Below are positions 54,370-64,000 of a stretch of 64,000 nucleotides of DNA, in pieces. The notes below the pieces were generated by a model. That model ran no database searches, was not told the DNA's origin, and was given only the letters and a program-made list of their open reading frames with translations. Within the stretch, counting starts at the first letter, position 1; each line of letters begins with the position of its first letter. Source of the DNA: Isurus oxyrinchus (Eukaryota); the NCBI GenBank assembly GCA_026770705.1, contig JANJGN010000035.1:7998001-8062000 (forward strand). The letters run 5' to 3'. The position numbers were made by a program, and so were the translations under genes.

Positions 54370-55400
54370 TAAAAACAAAAAACTGCGGATGCTGGAAATC
54401 CAAAACAAAAAAAAAAGAATTACCTGGAAAAAACTGAACACGTCAGGCAGCATCGGCGGAAAAGAAAAATGTTGACATTTTGAGTCCTCATGACCCTTCA
54501 ACAGACTTGATCTTTCTTTGCAGGAAGAGCGAAATATAAGCTGGTTTAAGGTTGTGGGGGGGGGGGGGGGACATGTGTAGCAGGGGGTTGCTTTTAGGAT
54601 AGGAGCACATCATCAAAAGATGTCACAGACAAAAGAACAAAAGAACACAGAGGTGTTGAAGTTAGTGATATTATCTAAACGAATGTGCTAATTAAGAATG
54701 GATGATAGGGCACTAAAGGTACAGCTCTAGTGGAGGTGGGGGGCATAAAATACTTAAAAATAATGGAAATAGGTGGGAAAAGAAAGATCTATATGTTATT
54801 ACAAAAAAAAAACAAAAGGAAGGGGGAAAAACAGAAACGGGGTGGGGATGGAGGAGGGAGCTGAAGATCTAAAGTTGTTGAATTCAATATTCAGTCCGGA
54901 AGGCTGTCCGTGCCTAGTAGGAAGATGGGGTGCTGTTCCTACAGTTTACGTTGGGCTTCACTGGAAAAATGCTGTAGGCCAAGGACAGACATGTGGGCAA
55001 GAGAGCAGGGTGGAGTGTTAAAATGGCAAGCGACAGGGAGGTTTGGGTCATTCTTGCGGACAGACAGCACGTGTTCTGCAAAGCGGTCGCCCAGTTCACG
55101 TTCGGTCTCTCCAATGCAGCGGAGACCACATTGGGTGCAACAAATACAGCGGACTAATTTCGCGATAATGGAAGTGAAATGCTGCTTCACTTGAAAGGAC
55201 TGTTAGGAGAGAGGAAGTGAAGGGGCAGGTGTTAGATCTTTTGCGTGGGCATGGTGAGGTGCAATAGGTGGGGGTTGAAGAGAAGGGGGTGATGGAGGAG
55301 TGGAGCAGGGTGTCCCGGGGTGAATGATCCTTACGGAATGCCGACAGGGTGGGTGAAGGGAAGATGTGTTTGGTGGTGGCCTCATGCTGGAGTTGGCACA
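54370..55400 (-). mobile_element. Penelope 3' fragment (GIY-YIG + UTR + pseudo-LTR), same subfamily as 26681-27664
   Basis: Minus ORF 54939 LVRCICCTQCGLRCIGETERELGDRFAEH; high nucleotide similarity to 26.7-27.6 kb. Confidence 0.9.
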
Positions 55401-56650
55401 TTGTATTTGCAGTGTCCAGTGCCTTCGGCCGTGTCTTGATATGACGTGGAGTGAATTGAATTTGCTGAAGACTGGCATCCGTGATGTTGCGGACCTCCTT
55501 TGGAGGTCGAGATGCATCTGCAATCGGTACCTCTTGCTGAAGATTTCAGAGAGTGGTGCAGCCTTATCTGTGTCACTTTCAAAATGGTCTCCTCCATCAT
55601 TGTGGACGCGGACACATAAGGAGCATCTTCCTCCAGTGAGTTCTTTACTTATCCACCACCACTCTGGACTCTACGTGGCTGGACTGGAGAGCTTAGAACT
55701 GATCCGTTGGTTGTTCGATCGTTATCAATTTCATCAATTACTGACTATGCTGTGTGGCACGCAAGGGGTTCTGTGTTATAGCTCCATCAGGTTGACATTT
55801 CTTTTGTATGCATGCTTGCAGTTCGTCCTTGCATGCCCTCGTGCTCTATTTGTTGACACCCTGGCTTTAAGGCAGAAGGGCAGACTGTGTGGTATCCCGA
55901 ACCATGAGGTTACAGATTTTGTTCTGGCACAAATCTGCTGCTGCTGACGGCCCATGGCACCTCAGTGAAGCACATTCTGGAGTTTTCAGATCCGTTCAAA
56001 AGCTATCCCAATTAAAACTATTGTCGTGCAACACAACACAATTTCTAGGTTTATTCAATATGAAGACAGGACTCTGTCTCCACACCGACTGTGTTGTTGT
56101 CATTCCTAATGATACTGTCAGGACAGGTTCATCTGCGGCTAGCATATTGGCGAGGATGAGGTCAAACAAGTTTTTCTCTCACCACCTGCCACAAATCCAC
56201 TCGAGCAACATTGCAATTTAATAGCCGGCCCCTTCGGTCACTAGTGGTGATACAGATCCACCCAGAATACAAAGCAGCCCTTGCCAACTTGCTTGCTCCC
56301 GACAACTGCTGTTCAACAGGGAGGAGCAAAGATTCATCCACTGAGGGAGGGTAGTACGTGATAATCAGCAGGATTATCCGTTTCCGAAGTTTACCCTGTT
56401 TCCAATAGTCTTCATTGGGCCGAAGTAGATGCGTTGTACTCCCAGTGCAACTCGCTCACGCCTGAATCATACTGTGCCGCCACCTCTGCTGTGATTGTCC
56501 CCCAGTTGAGACAGGACATACTCAGGGACTGTGATGATAGCCACTGGGACATTTGCTTAAATAATTTATGATTCCTTGAGGATGACTATGTTATGCTTTT
56601 GCTTGAATAACCTGTGAGACACCTCTTCAAATTCTTGTTCTCGTCTGAGG
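55400..56650 (-). mobile_element. CR1/L2-clade LINE endonuclease region
   Basis: Reverse complement homologous to 2150-3400 (e.g. gaggatgaggtcaaacaagtttt = NLFDLIL). Confidence 0.75.
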
Positions 56651-56899
56651 ATCTTATCTCAGCTGCAGTTTAGAAACACGTCGTAGCAATTCTGGTATTT
56701 TTTTTTTATTAGTTTCACGCCTGATGTGATTCACACTTTGAATGTTAACTTCAACCTGTATAAATACACTTAGCGCACTTGTTTATTGTCTCATTAGGCC
56801 TTTAACTGTACATTTAAATAACGATGGCATGTTCCTGACCTTTTGAACCACAGGGCCTTGCCATTGTCTAAAACGAGCATCATGAAATCGGGAAGGTTG

Positions 56900-57370
56900 C
56901 CCGATGTCATCTCGCCCGTTGATCAGAAGGAGAATTTCGCTGATGCTTACATAATGTTCAGCACCATTCCTGACTCCTCGGATACTGTAGAGTCCGTGTA
57001 CAATTCTGTAGGATCGGTACAATATTCAGTCTCGACTGACAAGTGCCAAGTAATATTAGCACCACACAAGTTCTCCAAGAATAAAGAGCCTAACCATTTT
57101 CACTTCACTTTCAATGGCATTACCATCGCTGAGTCACTCAATATTAACGTTCTGGGTTTTACCATAGACAAGCAGTGAGTCTGCACTCTCCATGCAAATT
57201 TTGTTGTCAGACGAGCAGGCTAGATGCTTGGCAGCCTGCGAATAGTAACTCATCTGTAGACTCCATAAAGCCTGTCCACGATCTACAAGGTAAACGCCGG
57301 GACAGTGATTGAATGTGCTGCACTTCCCACCTTGAGTGCATTTCCAGTAAACCTCAGAAAGCTAAAAATA
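56900..57370 (+). mobile_element. CR1/L2-clade LINE RT fragment
   Basis: ORF 56843 ...FADAYIMFSTIPDSSDTVESV...FTFNGITIAES. Confidence 0.75.
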
Positions 57371-57421
57371 AAACAAGGTAATGCATTCCTAGGAATTAGT
57401 CTCAGTCGGCCTCGTGAACTT

Positions 57422-57570
57422 TTTTTTTCTGTTCAATGATGATTCTGTCACCACAAGGGCTAAAGAGCTGCCACTCCATCCATTGTTTGGCAGCTCTCTG
57501 AAGCGGGACTCCCGCACGAGTAAGAGGCGGAGTCGCCCCTGAAGCTAATTAACTATCGAACAGAAAAAAA
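57422..57570. other. Fold-back element: 13-bp terminal inverted repeat enclosing three hairpins
   Basis: tttttttctgttc (57422-57434)/gaacagaaaaaaa (57558-57570); agagctgcca/tggcagctct; gcggga-c-tcccgc; ggcg-gagt-cgcc. Confidence 0.6.
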
Positions 57571-57599
57571 CAATGGAAAAACAAAATATTTGGTTGCCT

Positions 57600-58760
57600 T
57601 CCGCACAAAATATTTGCACATGCTTTCCGTTCTTTTCGAAAGATGAGGACCCTTCACCATGGTGATTCAATGCCCCTGGGTGCATTACTTTCTTTCGCTG
57701 AACTTCTGATCTCACCGTTGTTCCTTTCCACAAAGAAGCACAATAACTTTCCTTTCTTATTAATCATCCGTTCCAACAACCCTCATAATAAACAAACGTT
57801 TCAACACCATTGCCAAACTCCAGTGCGTTGTTGTACCAGGCATGTCTGTAGTTCTGCGCCAGAATAAGCATAATGAATGGACACTTGCCTACATGATTCC
57901 CTCCTGAACTCTCAATTCACTCTCAACATCCTTTCGTTATTTCAGGGAATTGCCCATTCACTCCAATATCCCTTCTTCATCTAAGGGCAACTTATATGGC
58001 TAGGCAACAGATGCAACACATGGGCTTTTAAGTTCTCGATTTCTGGCATCGAGATCCTTTGCAACCATTCCAGATGAACGAATAATTAACATGAACTTAA
58101 ATATCATTCTCTTTTAAAAGTTACTCTAGTCTGCATTTTGCTGGTTTTGTACGTTCTGGGGCTGGAGAAAAAACACACCTTGGTTAAAATATTCCTGGAC
58201 ACAACAATCCATTCAGCAAGAGTGACCCTGAGCTTCAAGTTTTCTCTGATTTCATTTTTCACTTTTCTTGTTCATTGAATGTGTCATTGGTGTTTTACAT
58301 TCTTATACTGCTCCAAAATATTTGTTCAGGAACTGAACCCGCTCTTGCAATTAAGCACTTTACAAGATTCCTGACTCAGCATCGAAATCAACATTTTCAG
58401 ATCATAACCTGAGCGTCACTATTGTGGAATAGGATCTGTAGTAATTTTTCAGGTATTTCCCACTTACACCACCTCTGAAGCCATATTTTATTACGCTAAT
58501 GATGTTCCATTAACAACCCATTTTGCACTACACCATAATCCTGTTTATAAATTTATCTCTACTGCGTCCACCTCCCACAGATTAAAGCTTTTGCAAACCC
58601 TTGCCCACCCCACCCTTCTGCCGTTCTGTACATGCATAAAATTTGGCAACTAAATGAACGTTTACCTTTCTGAGTCTTGAATACTTCACTGAGTTCCTTC
58701 CGCATATGCAGGTGATGTTCTGACTGTAAACAGCATTTAGTGTTTTCATCCTGTATTTCA
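57600..58760 (+). mobile_element. Ancient Penelope-like remnant
   Basis: Decayed similarity to the Penelope C-terminus (ggcaacagatgcaacaca; ctcagcatcgaaatcaacattttcagatcataa at ~58380-58410). Confidence 0.55.
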
Positions 58761-60404
58761 ATGAAGCTAGGATTATTTCAGGGCAGTATGTTTAAGGGCC
58801 TTTATTCTGTATGTCTTTTGTTACCTGTTAGTGTGCGTGCAGCACTGCCGATACAGATTTAGTCCGTCGATACACTGTGGTGTATTTGCCCCTGGCAGGT
58901 TTTTTGACACAAAAGTGGTGTAGCATCATACTGCGGGAGGCACATGCTATCACAAATCAGGACTGTCCCAAGTCGATGAGAGTTAATCTTTATGTTCAAT
59001 GGGGCATTAAAGAGGATATTTTACTCGAAAAGGAAAGATCCTGTATATGAACTGGGGAAGAAAAAAAAGAACACTTGGACCTGTTCAGATGTTAATTTAC
59101 ACTGTCGATAAATCTCTGTGCATCTGAGCTGTGAATATCTAATTAGACCGTTTGGAGATACCTTACCTGTATACGTCGTTACCTAGCTTTTCCAGAGCTC
59201 CTCCTTGGCTGAAGGGGGCTTTACGGTGCACTGTGCTGCATTACTTCTGTTGAGCCAATTGGATCTGCGTTCATGTCTTGCTTCTGAACTTGCTGTCTGC
59301 AGAAGCAATGATGTTAATAATGCAGCCAGACAGTTTGATAACGAGCTTTCAAATCGTTCCAGTGTTGCCTATGGCAGGCTGTAAACAGCGGGAGAATTTC
59401 CTCATCAGCCAGAATGCAGAGGGCAAAGGTATACCATTGCAATGATTTCCAAAAATATTCATGGATTAATCACGTGGGAGTCCATCGTCACTTTGGACAG
59501 TGAGGGGAGAAATTTATTTGACTGTGTAACTCTAGAGTTTCTCTGTACCAGATTCATATTCTTTTCCTGATATGGTAGCTGTTGATTGCAGTCTTGTTCA
59601 GCTCTTTGTGGTGTGTGAAATGAAGTGCTCCAATTAACTTTGTACAGACAATAATGTGGTGGACGAGAAAACCATCACATATTTCTGAGATAGAATGAGT
59701 GTGCCCACTTTACCTTGTCATCCGCAGTGAGGTAGCCATACTTTTTTTTCAGAAGCTATCAACATTACTTGTTTATATGTTTACTTTTACTTGTCATGAT
59801 CTCATAATCTTCGTTACATTCGAAAGGAACTGGGAGTGATTTTCCTCTGTAATGTGCAGCACTTTCTTTTATCTGGAAGAACTCAGCCCTATCCACATAT
59901 ATTGCAATAGCATGTAGACATAACCGTGAGTTGCATTATAAAATGTCAAAATCTATGCTTATGTGTTACAAGCGAGGCAACAATGTTACTGTGTTCAATT
60001 TCTCACATTGCTAGTGGTTCCGCCTATAAAACCTGAAACTGGCTAACTGGAGTAAGTTGTTTCCTGGCTCTGATCATATTGATTGGCCTTATGTTCGCCT
60101 CGATGATGTTTGCAAAGTGTTGCTATAACGGTTTACGCTATCCAGTTTCTTTGGGCCATTGACAACAGGTACACACTTTATATTCGAGATGCATGCACTG
60201 CAACTCAAAAATATTTTATAGCTGATTTTGAGAGGTTTAAGGAGTAAAAGGATATCAGAATCAGTGTCAGGGATAAAACGATAGGATGACGAATTTGCAG
60301 TGAGGCCAGGTGAGAGGAACAAATGAATGGAGACAGGATTTTAATTAGAAATGTCACCCACGAGGAACTGGGGAAAATTTAACATAAAATAACATAAAAT
60401 ATTA

Positions 60405-60510
60405 TCAGTTTTGTTGAAGGGTCATTAGGAATGGAAATGTCAACTCTTTTCCTCTACGCCGATGATGCCAGACCTGCTGTGTTTTTCCAGGTAATTCTGT
60501 TTTTGTTATA
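60405..60510 (+). mobile_element. Solo Penelope pseudo-LTR with a decayed hammerhead
   Basis: gttttgttgaagggtcattaggaatggaaatgtcaactc...gccagacctgctgtgtttttccaggtaattctgtttttgtt. Confidence 0.8.
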
Positions 60511-60809
60511 AAATGATATAACGAGAGATGTAAAAAAAAAGAGACAGATTTAGGAAAGGAAACATAGGGGGCGACAGAGATATAGAGACAGAAAGGGAAA
60601 GAGAGAGGACTGTACACATGCACTTGCAAGACAGAAAATAGCCAGCGAAAAAGAGAGAGAGACTGAAATAGATTAATAACCTACTTTAAAAAAATTATTA
60701 CTTAAAGCCCAAAACTACCTTTTTAAACTCAGCAGAATTATTTCTTTGTTACAGTCATAGGTTGGTTATGACTGGATGCCGGTCCATAATTTCCCTTGTT
60801 TAGATATCA

Positions 60810-61075
60810 TTTAAATGTCAACCACATTGCTGTGGGTCTGGAATAAAATGTAAGCCAGTTGAGGTAGGAAGACAGATTTTCTTCACGAAAGAACATTTTT
60901 GAAGCAGAAGGGGCATTTACCAAAATCTATAACGGTTTCTTAGTCATCGTTACTCTTTCAATTCCAGGTTTTTAATCATCAAATCCCACCAGCCGCTGAT
61001 TAGGGAGTCAATCCCACATCACGATAGAATTATCCAGGAATTCTGCATTACTATTCCAATGCTAATACGACTAGG
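60810..61075 (-). mobile_element. SINE copy (SacSINE1-like)
   Basis: caaccacattgctgtgggtctggaat...agacagattttcttc is the reverse complement of the SINE body at 1920-1980. Confidence 0.65.
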
Positions 61076-62329
61076 CCAGCGCCCTTAAACAATTCCTTAT
61101 TGTAGCGTTTATCATAAAATTGTGAATACTCATTAGCGAATTAAGTTTGGAGAATGTCTCCTGTTTCAGTTTGGCCGGTTTAAAGTAAAACTGGGCTGTG
61201 ACTGAAGGTAAAGATAAACTGTGCATTTTTAGCTCAAAATCCACCCGATCAAGGACGGGAAAAAAAAACAACTGAGGGCAAATCGTGATTACACCCAAAG
61301 TGTTGTTATTGAGAAAAATCTCACTGCCTATCTTTGCCCATTTATTTCTCTGAAGCGTAGTCTTGTCCTTTCTTCGCTGTACCCACTATTGCATTAAAAT
61401 TCAAAGCATACCGTAAGCAGATGTGTGTATCTGGAAAAATTATGTCATCATGTATTGCATTTTTGTAAACCATTCTATAAAACCTTTTTTTTTTATTTTG
61501 CAGGCAGAGCGCTAAGAAGTGTATGTCTATCACTGTGTCTTCGGAGAAGAAAATGAGCTATTACAAGAAAAGAAAACCTGCGTGGATAAAATAACCTTGT
61601 GCGGTGCCTAACTCGGAGATTGCATCATTATATGACATGATTAGATATTAAACAATGGAAACACTGTCTTCTAATAAACTGAGTTAACCTATACAGTCAG
61701 ACCTCTCATTTCCACTTGACTGTTCCATTCCTGATGTTCAGTCTTCTCTTACTTTGCGCCGAATAATACAAACAATCCATTCTTCCAGCACCCTATATGG
61801 CATACTCAAGCATTTCTGCACAATCCTTTGCTCCATTTCCAAGGGACTCATTACCTAAATGTGCTGTAATATTTGCATGCCACACGCAGCCCTAGGTTTC
61901 TGCACTTTGTAAGCTACAATTTTGAACTCAACCGATCAGAAAAAAAGGTGTTGCAATTTGTTCTCGTAAATTTCCCATTACATTTGGCCGGATACAATGC
62001 CCAACCCCCAGAATTACAGACTTAACGTGGTGTTGCAAGAATCCTATACGATGAAGCCATTGCTTCAGCATCAAACACTGTCAATTTTTCCTCTCCGATT
62101 TTGAAGTGAGTTACTCTCAAGATTCGGAGCCTTGAAACTGTGCGAGCAATGTGAATGACGTATGTGTAAACCATTGTTCCAAGATGCAGACTGTGGGGAC
62201 ATGCTGCAAATATAATGCCATTGATTGCAAAGGGGAGATGGTTAGATTCTCTATATTGTTGCGAAGTTCAATGACGTTGTGCGTATAGTACTTCTATTTT
62301 ATTATTTTAATTGATTAGCCATCATCACT

Positions 62330-62650
62330 GAGTTGGGCCAGCATCTATTGGCCATACCCGAGTGCCGTTGTCAGAAGGGTAAATATCTTTCAAACAGACT
62401 ACTGTGGGTCGTGGACTCACATGTACGCCAAAGCAAGTAAATGCTGCAGATTTCTTACCATAATGGGTCATTAGTGAACCAGGTGGGTTTTCAACAATGG
62501 CTTCATGTTCATCACCTGTAACTCAATATTTTCAGTGAATTCAAAAGCCACCATCTGTCGTGGTCACATTCGAGTCTGTGTCAATAAAGTTATGCGTCAG
62601 GTCCCTCACCCTGAACTAATTGCCTGGCGACAAAATAACTAATCCATCGA
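62330..62650 (-). mobile_element. SINE copy with LINE-derived 3' tail
   Basis: Body matches 1850-1980; its 3' end (ggcactcgggtatggccaatagatgctggcc) resembles the LINE tails at 24440 and 29060. Confidence 0.7.
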
Positions 62651-62689
62651 CTCACGAACAGCTTAAGCCTTGATGGTTTCTGGTCTTGT

Positions 62690-64000
62690 TGTATATGCGC
62701 ATTGACTCATTTACTCTTGAGAAGTTCGGAACGGTGCTCAATATTTTTCAAAAATCAAGAGAATTTTCCTACTTCTGAGCTTATGATTGACCAAAAGCCA
62801 TTGATGAAACACCTGGTGACGTTTGGTCCTAGAAATTTATTCTGAAGAACTCCTCCAGTATTGTCCTGGGGCTGCCATGATTGACCGTCAACAACCAAAG
62901 CCATCATCCATTCTGCTGATTATGACAAAAGTTGTGGAGGGTAGTCCCCGATTCCATTTGAAATCAATATTCCTAGGAGTCCTTGATGTCACAATTTGTC
63001 AAATGCACACTCTCGGCTAAACATTTCTGTTGAGCTCTTTTTCCAATGCTTAAAAAAAAGCAGTATTTTTTGTCAGGGGCTGCGCCGTGCTGCTGAAACC
63101 CAAGTTGATTGTCAGTGAGCAGGTTGAATAAATGTCAGGTGATAGCACTGTCCGAGGCACTTTCAAACACTTTAGTAATGAACGAGCATGGATAAATGGG
63201 CACATAATTCGCCAGGATGGATTTCTTCTTTGTTTTTATTTCGTGGGTAGGACACAGCTGGTCAATTTTCGACATTGCTGGGTGAATTCCAATTTTGCTT
63301 CTCAGCTGCAACAGCTTAGCTGGGGCATGGCTACTTCTGAATTTTTTAGCCCAATCCCCGGAATATTGTCAGCGCCCATAGCCTTTCCATTATCAAGGAC
63401 CTCCAGCCGTTCCCTACACCAAGTGAATCGAATTTGTTGAAGACTTTAATTGGGGATGTCTGAGACCTTGGGGTGAGTTGGGGATGATGGGGGGAGGGGT
63501 GGTGGGTGGGGGGTGTGGGGAGGGTGGGGTGGGGGATGGGTTGTAGGCGAGATGGTGTGTGAAAGATGCTTCAGAATTTTCTTTCGGTTTGATTTGATTG
63601 GCTCATGCATTAGTGAGGTTTATCTGAATGTATATTCGTCCTCCAATTTGTTCTTTGAATGTCCAACGTAGCAGGCTGCACCACGCAAAATTATAAAACT
63701 CTGAACTTGCATGTAAGGGAAGGTTTACCACTGAAATCGCTCAAAAGACTAGCGAGATCAAATTACATTTGGAATCTTTGTACACATTGGCAGTTTTCTG
63801 AAACATTGGCATATGTAATACTCACCAACAAGGATGTTGATGCACTATGACTCCAAGTATACATTTAGGAGGATGCAGATGCACCATAGCACTCCACACT
63901 CACTCATAGTTTGCCAAAATATTGTGAATTCTCTGAAGCACTTGACGCTGAAAACCTAAATTCATCTGAGCCGACTTAGGGACACATTGAAAAGGCATAG
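62690..64000 (-). mobile_element. CR1/L2-clade LINE RT/linker fragment, decayed
   Basis: Reverse complement homologous to 2800-4050 (e.g. ggaatattgtcagcgcccatagcctt; ccttgatgtcacaatttgtcaaatgc). Confidence 0.7.

Noticed and set aside
55366-55947. Longest ORF in the track (193 aa, +)
   Set aside because: Antisense shadow spanning a Penelope/LINE junction; the true coding strand is minus
59167-59297. Minus-strand segment with good splice signals (ctgcag...CAG|gtaagg)
   Set aside because: Stops in all three frames and no recognisable product; insufficient support
63470-63545. G-rich tracts (also 19540-19585, 25878-25894, 29520-29575, 30058-30100) as G-quadruplex elements
   Set aside because: Simple poly-G/C expansions, several within decayed repeats; no evidence of function

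Overview
Eukaryotic, repeat-dense, apparently intronic or intergenic vertebrate DNA. The repeat complement (CR1 LINEs with esterase ORF1, abundant Penelope/GIY-YIG elements, a tRNA-type SINE with its partner LINE) suggests a cartilaginous fish; this is an inference. No intact host gene is recognisable, and most ORFs in the track are retroelement fragments or their antisense shadows. Highlights: (1) a 7.0-kb endogenous retrovirus at 8829-15865 with both LTRs, a tRNA-Ser PBS, a PPT and a 5-bp TSD, retaining decayed gag, integrase and an env that looks paramyxovirus-F-like (lokiretrovirus-like), with no recognisable RT; (2) minimal hammerhead ribozyme motifs at Penelope termini; (3) a LINE whose 5' end is the head and body of the local SINE, with no ORF1; (4) a Gmr1-type Gypsy element (integrase before RT); (5) a ~150-bp fold-back element with box C/D-like motifs; (6) possible remnants of a sushi-domain, GPI-anchored gene near 47-48 kb. 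Boundaries of old repeats are estimated by eye.
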